From positions 660,693 to 724,692 of the forward strand of contig JAQGDQ010000066.1 in the NCBI GenBank assembly GCA_030141605.1: 64,000 nt of DNA, written 5' to 3'. Both the position numbers and the translations under genes were made by a program. Origin of the DNA: Tubiluchus corallicola. Its lineage: Eukaryota; Animalia; Priapulida. Under the pieces are notes generated by a model. The model was not told the DNA's origin. It saw nothing but the letters and a program-made list of their open reading frames with translations, and did not search any database. Positions 1 through 11,800 of the stretch are shown in pieces (within the stretch, counting starts at the first letter, position 1; each line of letters begins with the position of its first letter).

Positions 1-654
1 TATATTTGGAGCCATTAAATGCACGTTATTGATCTGTTCGAGTTGGTGTTCAGTCAACATTATGATCAACCTTTAAAGCATAGGGAGAAAGTCTAAGTAC
101 ACATATACCAATCAATATGTCAACTCAAAATCGAGGAGATTAGTAGCCTGCGGCATAAAATAAGAACCAACAAAATTTGCAGAAAACTACCTTTTGTACA
201 TGTGCATGCCTAATAACAACTGAAGCGATTTAACACAGACAGATAATTCCAGTGCACATAAGGGCTTCATGCAACCCGCCATTTCAAACAAACAGGAGAA
301 ATGTTCTCAGTTTTAGAAACCTAACTAATATCAAGTTAAAATCACAATTTTATCGTAATTATGAGTATAAAGCCTAAATTTAAGGAATGACTACGGACAC
401 TAAGAAGGGTAATGCTTTTAATACTTTAAAATGGAAGCGTTTCATTAAATATTAAAACAGAAATTTTGCGAGTGGCAGTGCGTTTGTAAACTACATAGAT
501 CACAGTAGTTTTTCGCCATATCTACCGGTTTCAACATGCAGCGCTTTTTTATTTTGAGACCCGTATTACTTCTGCTCAATCCACTGCATAATAATTATGC
601 ACAGCAGTTCTATTCTTGAAACAGTCAAACCTACAAATAAAATGTGACCGGCAA

Positions 655-840
655 TAAAATCACAGGAAAAAAATGACGGTAAAAAGGGACGATTTTGGCT
701 AGGAAAAAGTCACAGGAAAAAAGTTACAACTAATTTTGACATGGTTTGGGACTTAGGGTTGGTGTCATCTTTATTTTCCTGTGACTTTTTCTTGCAACTT
801 TTTTTTGACTTTTTTATCTGTGTCTTTTCTACACGGATTC
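655..840. repeat. Imperfect inverted repeat built of GGAAAAAAGTCACA units (MITE-like)
   Basis: GGAAAAAGTCACAGGAAAA on the left against TTTTCCTGTGACTTTTTC on the right. Confidence 0.55.
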
Positions 841-3166
841 AAATCAACATGTCACAATAATGAAGTTACTGTATCTCATTGTCTAAAGCTTTTTCTGAGT
901 TTATAACTGCTCACATTGTTTAACTCATCTATGTTTTTTGTATCGTTATAAAAATCTGCTACAAGCGCATGGATTTCAAAGTTGCGGATACAGTTTCAAA
1001 GAAATAAAAACACGAGACTGTAAAGCAAGAGCTGCAGCAACAGCAGCACAAGAAAGAATCGCGAGTTTTGACAGCAGATGGAACTAATCAATATCGTTCT
1101 ACAAATAATGCGTGTGATGATCATCAGCATGCTGTCTGCTTGAATCATCATTCTTCTGCCAGTTTCAAGTTAAAAAACGCTGAGACTTTAGGAGTGGTAA
1201 ACGTTGAGAAATTTGGAGAGGAACAAAGCATCTCTTCCTAAGTTAACGAAAAAATGCCCCAAATTGAAAAAATAATTCTCACAAAGTGCCGTTCTTCCAG
1301 TACTGTGACCCAGCAACGTTAACCCAGCAAACAAATATTGTGTTTTATTACAAATTGCTGACTGTTGGGCACGATCCACAAAGATTGTGTGTAAATTGCA
1401 GCGCCTCAGTCAGTTCGCGAGCCGACGGAACTGCTCGGATTACGTCGTTTACCATGGTTTACACACATACATTGTATAGCATGGCAATTGGCAGTTCTCA
1501 CTCATGCCCCAGCCTCCAGGCTCAGACTCCTCACACAAAGCCCAGCGAAAATCTACAGTATTATGCGCATTCAGTAAACAATTGCTATTCACATTTTAAA
1601 TTAGAATTCTTTTAGCACCAGGGCCAGCTGAGTCTATTGTAAAACACGTCGCCGGCCTCATTGAGAAAATCAAACCAGTTTATATTGAATAGTTTTTTCT
1701 GTTCCACAGCAAGCATAATATTATAAATACCGTGATGTAATAAGGCTTGCAAAAAGATTACATACAGCAGTCAATGCTCACTATCAGAAATGTATAGTCA
1801 AATACAATGATTATTGATAATACTGGACTTCTGCCAACAGACTGCAGTTTCATGAATCTTCCCTCGGCCACTTGAATGGATTACAAGATTACATGTTATA
1901 AATCCAAACCTCTAACTTTTAATATTTATAATAATTAATTTATTGATGTTGCTGCTTCTGGATAATGAATTTTATGTCTTAATGTAACTAACAAATTAAA
2001 TCGGCTCAATTCAATGTACACAGTTTATTAGAATAGGCTTATAAGTAGTCCTGTGTAACAACTTTGATACTTCATGTAAAAAATAGCGATGCTTTTCTCT
2101 CTCAACTCACCATTATAGGTTTAAGTTGGGAGTTGGCCAATGGCCACCTGTACTCTACACGTATTTCACTAATTTGATAGTAAACCGTAGAACCTGTAAT
2201 TTCAAACCATTTGAAAATTACTGGAATCAATTGAGCATAACTCTATATAACTTATATGCGATGGAAATTCAAATTTAAATTCAGTGACTTTGTGTAAATA
2301 TTAGGTCAATATCACCTTAACTGATAGAAAAGGGCAAACTGATTAATAACTGTAGATATAACCAATTGTCAATCTATCTATAATGAACTGCTATGTGATA
2401 ATTGTGAATAAAATCCACCTCACTGCATTGTGATTCTACATTTAACATAGCTCTATTGAATATTGGAAAAGCATGCAGTTCCGATCACAAAATTATGATA
2501 AATCGTGGTAGAAACATCAGCTGCCACATATTTAGGTATCCAGGAGCATTTTTGTTTTGATGAAAATGCGCAATATTTGGCTAGACTACTCTGTTTAGCC
2601 TACTGAACAAATCAAGATTGATTAGGAACATAGGTCATGAAATAAATGAGGGTAAAATGTCAGGTTCAACAAAACTGAAACTACTATGAGATGAGCAAGA
2701 GACATTCAGGAAACAATGACCACTTGAGTGAGGGCTGCACAATAACAAAGCTTTAAAAGCCAGCATATCGATAGCATAATAAAGACTTTAAGCACACCAT
2801 GAATTTTCCTCTAAGTCTAAACCACTATAGGTCTATATAAGCTATTGTAGCAGACTTACCAGAGTTCTTTTATAAAGACTGCAAAAAATGCCACTACAGA
2901 AAATGAATGTTACTGAAAGCTCAGAATGTCACTTAAACAAGCATCCGAATAGTAAATTATTATTATTTAATTTATTAGTTTATTTTGTATGAAAATATAA
3001 GGTTACAAAGTTAACAGGTTTTTAGTAAACTATGGGAATAGAAGTGATGCTAGTAAAATGGGAAAAATTTGATTTCGACAAAGTTCAAATTTGGATTTAT
3101 TGGTTTTATTCGTTTCCTTGTACTCCAACAACAAAATAATTTTTACGCAACTGATTTACTACTTAC

Positions 3167-3359
3167 CTGCAATTTTCAGTACGGCTCTATCCGCAGGATC
3201 TAAGGCCAGAATTGCAAGTGGTTTGTTTTCCTCGCATTTCTCTTTCGACATATTCATTTTCATACATGCCTGTTTTACATCTTCAAAACTTCTAACACTA
3301 ACGCGATTTTCAGGCTGTCTTCGCTTTTTACCTTGTCTTGTTCTGCAGGGACTAGCCAT
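3167..3359 (-). CDS. Possible first coding exon of an unidentified minus-strand gene
   Basis: ORF MASPCRTRQGKKRR... ends at a consensus CAG/GTAAGT donor; there is an upstream TTTTTCCATAG acceptor; no recognisable domain. Confidence 0.3.
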
Positions 3360-3833
3360 TTCCTTTCATAGAATTCAGACTATGGAAAAAAATCTGGCTA
3401 CTATTCTACTAATCTAGCTTGGTGCAAAGATTCACCGAGCATCGATTTCTTCATCACAACATTTTGAAACGCCATGGTCTATGTTTACAGTTAAGTATGA
3501 AGCTCTCTATGCACGCTTATCACATACATTCCTAACGGTTTTTATTTCTGCACTATAAACCACGAGCATCTCGAAATTCTCACCGGCGGGAAGATTCTGC
3601 ACATAACTGCCCACAGGATACAGAATAAGGTTCAGCTGAAGCAAGCAAATTATAATTCATTTACCAAGCTCGGCAACACACTGGGCGCACGTTTACAAAC
3701 CGCTGACTGGCAAACCAGGTCGATCAATCCAAGGCTCTATTCAGTCAGTCACAGCTGCTCCATCTAGCGCTAACTGTTGTAAGCAAAATTATCGGAAACT
3801 GTCCCGCAAAATTTCCTCCTTGCTTTATGAACT

Positions 3834-4083
3834 CATAGGTGTAAGGGAGGGCTGAGCCGCTCTTGCCCGAAAAAAGTCCGGACTCGGCAATTACCTCATG
3901 ATCAAAAAATACCCAGATTTCGGGCACTTTGTTTAGCGACACAGAGAAATTTTGAGATTTCCTTTTATGAAAAATATATTTTTATTTTTTTCATCATTTG
4001 ACAGGTGTCCAAAAAATTTGGTAATTGCTCGAATATTGGGGGGGGGGGCTGCAGCCCCACAGCCTCTGGTTCGAACGACAATG
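3834..4083. mobile_element. hAT-type MITE
   Basis: Perfect 8-bp TSD TATGAACT (3826-3833, 4084-4091); degenerate termini CATAGGTGT and ACGACAATG; G-run with GGGCTGCAGCCC palindrome. Confidence 0.75.
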
Positions 4084-4759
4084 TATGAACTAAAATGACA
4101 CCCCTTAGTAAAATATGAGTTTAGGGTTAGGGTTATACTCACACAAGGATGTTATGCTTCAAGACAGTTTGTTTGTTAATTGTTTGCTATATTAGTAAGC
4201 CTATTACCTAAATATAACAGATTTCCATGAAACTTTGTGGAGAAGGAGGTATAGGGTGCCAAAATAGGCGTTTTTTTCGTCTTTTTGCGTAACTTGATTG
4301 AACATCACATACAAAAATCATTCGTGAAAGTTGCAAAACAAAATATTTTCTAAAACAAAATTAAAAAACAAGGTTGACCCTTAAAACATTGTGTCATTTG
4401 AAATTATTCTGATTTCTGATAGTCATTAGTCAAAGTACTAGAGATAATTAAAATAAGAGAAGAGAGAGAAAGAGGGAGAGAGAGAGACAGAGAGAGATGG
4501 AGTGAAGAAAGGGAGAAGAGTGAGGATAAGAGATAAAGACAAAGTTAAGTCATATAGCTGCTGTTTAAACTATGTCATAAATGTTCGTGTAGCTGCTGCT
4601 TGAAAATATATCTTACCTGTTCGTGTAGCTGCTGTTTAAAGGCGATCTCTTCCTCCATGGCGGAGATTCGAGTTTCAAAATCTTTTCTCATCATTATTTC
4701 CTGCTCGTTGCTTTGAAATATTCAAATTTTATAAATAAGCATTGAAGACAAGATTGAGC

Positions 4760-4837
4760 TAGTTGCTGCTGCTACTGCTGTTGTTGTTGATGTTGTTGCT
4801 GCTGCTGCTACTGCTGTTGCTGATGTTGTTGCTGTTG

Positions 4838-4869
<32 letters not shown>

Positions 4870-5050
4870 GGTGATGGTGGTGGGGGTGGTGGTGTTGGTG
4901 GTGTTTGTGGTGGTGGTGGTGTTGTCACGGGCTACGATTGTTGTTTTTTTTGTTGTTGTTGTCATGTTGCCGTCATCATCGTCACCGTTGTTGTTCGCGG
5001 TGAGCTCATTGTCATTGCCATTGCCATCGTTAGTGCTGCTGTTGTGGTTG
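4760..5050. repeat. Compound trinucleotide microsatellite (GTT/GCT/GGT)
   Basis: Seen directly; flanked by GA-rich tracts at 4455-4520 and 5100-5190. Confidence 0.95.
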
Positions 5051-6224
5051 TGGACAGATTTTGCATGTTATAGAAACAATGATAAAAAAGGCGGCGGAAA
5101 AAGATAGGGAGGGAGAGAAGGATCGAGAGAGAAAGACAGTGAGAGGATGAGAGAGAGAAAGAGGCAAACAGGGAGAAGCAAACAGAAAAAGAGAAATTGG
5201 AGGCTTTATCCTACTAAAATACCTTTTTAAAGCAATTAATTTACCTTGCTGTGATTTTTCTGTTAAGATATCTTACTGGGATATGTCTTTTCTGTGAAAC
5301 GAGTTTTCTGGGAAAAAAATTTGTGGGAAAAAGTTTTCAGGGGAAATTTTTTTCGGCAATTTTTTCTGATAATGGTTTTTCTGTGAAAAAACTTCCTCGA
5401 ATACACTTTTTCTGGGAAATGGGCCTAAACCGTATGGAAATTACTCAATCTCTTGAATAGCGGTTTCGTTTTGAAGTTCTTTCTCCTTTACAAGAACACT
5501 TCATCTGAAAATGAGCCTCTTAAGTTGTCTACTGTAGATTGCATGTTGCATTATAATTATTTTAATTACTTTCTTATTTTTGAAATTATCTGTAATTCTG
5601 TATCAAGGCGATATATTTGCCGTTTTTACCTACTTTTTCATTTGTGCCATTTTTTCCTGTGCCATTTTACCATGCCCGTTTTTCTGTGCCATTTTTACTT
5701 ATTTTTCCATCTGTGCCATTTTTCCCGTGTAATAAAGAAGTTAAAGCCTAGTTCATAAATGAGACATGGTTCTGGATGAGTACACAAATAGACACAGGAT
5801 TCAAAATTTCATATCTGTGTGTGTGTGTATGTGTGTGAACAGATTCTGGAAGGACGCAGTTTGGGTATGTACCCGTACAATCCCCCTTTTGGCACTTTCT
5901 AGCTAAACAAAACGCTACTCCCAATTTTTACACACTGCGTCTGATTTAACATTTCGTGGGGAATACATTGATGTATGACATGCCCCTTTACGACTTGTGT
6001 TTTTTTTTTGTAATTTTCTTAGATCGGGGTTTCGCTAATTCTGACATGTTTGCATGAGGCCATGTGTCAGCCGCTGGAAAAAACTGGCTCATGTCTAAAT
6101 AGCCAATACATAGTACTTTTTAAACATGGGCTTCTAAACATATTGTCATGTTGACACCATCACGTATAAGACCAACCTGTGAAGGAAAAAATAGCGTGCT
6201 AGCCTTAGGCGTATCCTACAACTG

Positions 6225-6304
6225 GCGAACCGTAACACTGACGAACCATAACACTGATAAACCGACCAAAACCGTACCACTGACGAACCATACCACTGGC
6301 ATAC
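6225..6304. repeat. 16-bp minisatellite (CGTAACACTGACGAAC-like), about 4 copies
   Basis: Seen directly. Confidence 0.8.
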
Positions 6305-7439
6305 TGTCAACTGGTAAAATAAATAGTACATGATGGCTTCATTTTTGTCCTTTACATTGCAATTACTGCAGATTTTAAAACTCTCGTCGCGGTTAGTGAG
6401 TGATATTATTATCGATAGTGAGGACATAGATTATGATATAGCGTGGCGAGCATTGATGCGGTAGATTTGGACGTCCTGGGAGTAAAAAAGTCTTGTTGTT
6501 TAGCGACTGAGTGCCAGGAATGAAGTACGGAATCTGGCGCGCCGACCTGGCCCACTGAATTTTTTTGCGGATACGGACACACACTGCTTGCAATGCTGAC
6601 GGAGTCGCGATCCAGTCCGGATCTGGCTTCAAAATTGGAATAATTTAGTTTTCTGGAAGCTTGTTCGAGTTCATTTTTTCTAAAAGTTAAAAATGTCCAA
6701 CCAGTTACTGAGTGGTCGGCTTCATCTGATCAGACATTCGGTCACATTTATGCGGACGTCCAGAACAGGGATAGAGATTATTCCTTAAAAATTCACCCTG
6801 GGCATCTGAGGGCGCACCATAAGTTCCCTCAGTGTAGAGTACCTTTGTATTTACTGCACAGTCTACCACTGTGACGTGCCCAGTTTTCCATGTCTTTTAG
6901 CTCATAAGCATTTTTAGGTTTCTATTTATTGCCAAACCTTTTTCAGAAATGCTTTTCAGACACCACCTTTCAATAACTCTTTAAAAGAGTGATCTGTACG
7001 TGTTATAGACTTAGGAATTTGCTCACATTTTTGTGATCGAGGTAAGATGGGGAAGATGGAGGCCTGCAGAAAGAAATATTCTTATAATATCTAAAATTTG
7101 GTTGCGGAATATTTTTTTAAACTCACGTTATCAATCATCAATGATTTAATTGTCATAATTATCGCGAATTAACTTTGAGTCCCAAACTGGTTGCATGAAG
7201 TTCTCGGCGTTATCAAATTCATTTTTTATTAGCCAAAAGCTCTTAAGTTGTGCAACCTTGTACGCTGCATTCCCAGATGATTTTTCTCACGTTAGCTAGC
7301 AAGGGTCGTTATTTCAGGCAAAGCCTTCTATTTCATCGCATTTTGCGCAACATTTACTTTGAAATAATAAATTTTCATTGGTGGAAGACCGGAAGAATTA
7401 CTTTAAAATTGGGAGAACTGGAGGTTAGGTTGTTACCAT

Positions 7440-7660
7440 TAAAAGCCAAACCGGGAGAGTTGGATTCGTACCAAACTAAATCTCGCGCACGACTTATTCC
7501 AATTATTTTCCTAGCGGAGGGCGCAGCCATTGTATGACGTAATCTCGCGGAGCCTCGAACCTTAGCGGAACAAAAATAAGAGGGGTCCTCGCGTCTTTGC
7601 TGAATGCAAAGCGTGTGGTAAAGCAATAAAGCCATAGCACGTGTTTCGCTTTCTTGGTAT
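7440..7660 (+). promoter_or_regulatory. Candidate promoter / non-coding first exon of the polycystin gene
   Basis: Locally CpG-rich, with TCTCGCG twice and a TGACGTAA CRE-like site. The ATG exon at 8741 has a splice acceptor, which implies an upstream UTR exon. Confidence 0.35.
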
Positions 7661-8745
7661 ATGGTTGTATACTACAGCATTCAATTAATTTTAATTATTA
7701 ATTAATTAATGACTATTGTAAGTTTTTTGAGATTAATACCAGTTGGCCCATGTTAATTACGTACTTATTTGTTGGATTTGTTATGTTTACTTGTTTTGAA
7801 AGCAATTCCCTTATCAAATCTCTTGTGCGGCATCTCACAGTACCAGTATCAAATTTTATAAAAGTATATGTAGTATTTCTGTTATTATAAAGATGAAAAT
7901 CTGTTTATGTGGATGCTCACCCAGATGCTGCAGTGTACCCCACATGTTGAGTACGTACCATAAGAACCAGCATGGGAAGGTTTACAACTGCCTGCAGAAG
8001 GGACATGACTGCCCCCTCCCCTCAAAAAAATATATAGCCAAAATGGTTTCCAGAATGGCAGTTGTTAGGATGTTCTGTTATATAGAACTAGCATGGTCCC
8101 GGGAAGGTTTTAAGCTAGTGCCAGTATACTGCCTGCTGCCAAAATGGTGTCCAAAGTAATATCCAGGTAGCGTGTGCAGACTCACTGCTAATGAATAATA
8201 TGCAAGGCAAATGCTTGGAAAAGAAAAAGAATTATAATTAACTCCGTTATTATATTTAGTATAACACACTAGGCCTACTTAGCAGAATGAATATAGATTG
8301 CATAATGTGAGGTAATATCGAAAATACCTAAGACAATAAGAGAATAATAAGACAATGAGATAATGCACTCCTTGGTTAGGCCTAACAAAAACAATAGCTT
8401 CCACTAAAACATTTTAGAATCTGGTTGACCAAACTCGTTTCTGTGCTGAATGTGCTCTATGTCCAACAACTTTTGCCTATTTCTCCATATTATTCGAAGG
8501 ATTTTTGCCAAGTGAAAAGTGACAGAGATATGTTCTTGCTTTTGTTTATTCTTTTTCACATGGTATGTTCACTGAGTAGTATAATTCCGTGCATTTAGTG
8601 GAATATCATTGAATGCTTTTGCAGAAAATGTACGTTTAGCAAATACGTGCTTGAATAAATTGAAAACTTTTTTGGGAAAATGCGAAGATTTAAAATTGCA
8701 AATGAAAACTGTATTACTTCATATTTATTTTAAATTATAGGTTTT

Positions 8746-8827
8746 ATGATGAAAATGATAAGTCAGTGGCTGTTTGTAGTATCTCTTGTTGTGCTGCTAC
8801 TTCATGTGAAGAAATGCATTGGATTAG
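8746..8827 (+). CDS. Exon: start codon and signal peptide MMKMISQWLFVVSLVVLLLHVKKCIGL
   Basis: Acceptor ttatag at 8740, ATG at 8746, hydrophobic core, phase-1 donor gtacgt. Confidence 0.8.
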
Positions 8828-11800
8828 GTACGTCTTGCGAAAATCTTTGTTTGATAGAAAAAGTAAAAAATACATAGAAATCTGTATAGTCAGCTTCTGT
8901 TTATTATCCAATTAATAATATTAGGCTCTATTAATTATTGCATAATGCACGTATTCTGTTAAACTTGTTTAACATTATATTTGAAAATAGCTAGTATTAG
9001 GTTGCCGAAATACTGAAATGTGTTTCTCAATAAATCATCACTTAACCCGTTAGCTTTTATATTTTATTCAGTGTTATTAGGTGTTATTAGTCCAATTAAA
9101 CAATTATCTTAACATACATCGCCAGATGGGAAAATCTAAAACCAAATGTGCAAAAAAAGATAAAAATTATAGACCTATAATGAATAAGAGAAAAGTATTT
9201 ATAAGTTTGCTCATGTTTAAGATCACAGATGACATAATATACTAAGGTGAATAAAAATAAGTTTTATGAATTATAGTATTATAATATTAATATAAATAAA
9301 AGGAGATAAATTATATAAGTGTTTTATGTGCATTGCACCAGATCCAAATTTGCTTTTATGCAGTTTGTTACATATAAACTATGCAATTGGCTCATGTAGC
9401 GCATTCTTCCAACACTTTTACTACATTTAGAAACATTAGTAGTTAGCATCTAAAATCAGGGGCGTCGTGCACCAAAAAAAATTGGGGGGGGCCCGACTGT
9501 ATATTATGACGGAACTTGACTGTTTAAAAAACGTATAATTTTGAATTCCCACACAGTATTTTGCGTGCAAGAAAAACAATTTATTTATTCCCCAACTGGC
9601 ATTTAACTTAAAGCTATAGCAACGGAAACTTAATTAAAATTAAAAATTATATTAAAATTTAATTAAGTATTTATTAGCTGTCAGGAATCCGACGCAGAAC
9701 TATCGACGCAGAACATCACTCCAGAAGAGCTCAACCACAGACTTCAAGTCCATATTCTTTGTTTTCTCAGCCTCAACTGCAAGGATCATCAGGTCACTCA
9801 GTCGTGACTGACTCATTGTACTGCGGAGAGCATTCTTGACAAATTTAAGAACACAAAAGGATCTCTCACAAGAGCAAGATGTAACGGGCAGAGTCAGAAT
9901 CAACTGGTATACGATGGAGATCATTGGGAAAAGTTTGTCCAGTCCAGAAGTCATATAACAGTATATTGAGTGAATGCAGTTTGTGTTGACATGTTCAGGA
10001 ACAGAGTCTGCAGTGACAGCATGAGTGAACAAGCGGTACTCCAACTCGAGGGTTTCTTCATCGAGATCAGCCATGTAGAAGGTGCAAAGAGTCTTGACTT
10101 TCTCCATCTTTGCAGGTGATGTTGATGGGTTGATCAGACAGTCAGTTGACAATACCAACGGAATGACATCAGAACCAAATCTAGAGTTCAACGCACTTGT
10201 CATCAGGTCGATGATCTCATAGAACAGAGCTGTTCGGAGAGAATCAACACCGGTTTGTTGCTTTACCTCTGTATGCCAGTACTCGTCAATTCTTTTCGAG
10301 ACTTTGCGACGACGTGGCTCACTGTACTCCACCCCAATGCTCTCAGCTATTTCTTGTGCAATCTTCCAGTACTTTTCGAAGTCATTCACGGTTCGCTTTG
10401 CTGCAGTCTCTTTAATTAAGGCTTGGATGAGAAGCACTGCTGATGGCACATTGAGTTCTTTGCTCTGGAGTGCTTTGGAAACAATCTGTGACATTCCCTC
10501 AGATCAGTCATGATTGATAAACACAGACAAAATTCATAATTTATTGATTTTAGGAGGGAGAACGCCTCTCCGGCAGTTTTTCGATCATATGATGGTCCTT
10601 CGGTAAAGGATTCCAATGTCATGACTACACCAGTCAGATTGTCCTTAAGAGCCTTGCAGTTGTCGACGCAAGACGACCACCGAGTTGCTGAAAGCGGGTG
10701 CAGAGTCTTGGATGCTTTGTTGTGTTCATTCGATTCGAGCTGTAGGATCTCATCTTGGATTTTCGCAAATGCCGCGTGTCGTTTTGTGGATCCTTCGATG
10801 AAATTGTAGAGGGATTCAACTACACCAAAGTGTAGTTGTCCAATCAGGAGGTGGCTGAGCCATGGCTCATCAATTTGTATCTCCCAAACTGACTCTCTTG
10901 TACTAGGCTAGCTCGACAAACTGACTCTCTGGTACTAGGCTAGCTCAACATGATTTCAATGTTTGCATTGTTTTTGCTCTATTATTTCACTTATTCTCTA
11001 TTATAACACGCTGCTGAACGAAGCTCGAGTGCTAACTGAGCCGTTTTGTTAACTAACAGTCTTTTGTGCAAAGACGCTAATGCTACTCAATGAGCTGCTT
11101 TGTTAACTGTTCCTGCCGCCTGAATAGATTACATGCAAACAAATTAACTACATCCTGACTTTCAGGTAAACACATACTCATGCTCATACTGTTCGCATTT
11201 ATGGAGCGCTGGCCCGCTATTGCGTGTCAAAAAGTTGGAAATAAATTTGATTACCGGTCTCATTACGAGCCGCTGACACACTTCAAATTTTTGACATTTT
11301 CTAAAAAATTGGGGGGCCCCGGGCCCCTATGGCACGACGCCACTGTCTAAAATCAAAGTGCTTTAGCTGATAATAACACATTTTGTTATTGCTGTGGTTA
11401 CAAGAACTCAATAGGTTTCCATTTCTGTCAGAAAATTTGACATTATAGATCAGACTTTTCTGGAATTGATATTTAATTGAAATATGCTCATGTAACTTTG
11501 CATCTTAATACCACAAATTTAAGCAACTTAGGTTTGCAAGTGATTGGTTACAAAAATACTAATGCATGAGAAATAGTAGCAACTTTGAAGTGCAGCATAG
11601 CACTGTAAATGAAAACGCTTTCTTGTCTATTCTTGTTGCATCAGTAAATTATACTTATTTGTAATGATTTAGAGAAAAATATAAGCCTAGTCCGGGGTCC
11701 AAACGATTATTTCCACTTACTTGTGAATGACACATTCTCTTTGGATTGTCACTATGGCTATGGACAAAGTGTTTTTTCTCAGGTAATGTGTTTAACCAAA

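Noticed and set aside
1188-1615. ORFs 1188-1379 (-) and 1286-1615 (+)
   Set aside because: No motif and no consistent splice chain.
4722-5107. Poly-L/V, poly-T/P and poly-N/S ORFs
   Set aside because: These are translations of a trinucleotide microsatellite.
9431-11414. Idea that the hAT element interrupts the Ig1 N-terminal exon (there is an AG at 9430 and the rejoined flanks read ETLVVSI*NQSALADNNTFCYC)
   Set aside because: The rejoined frame has a stop codon and the wrong donor phase; a clean Ig1 exon exists at 11673-11782.
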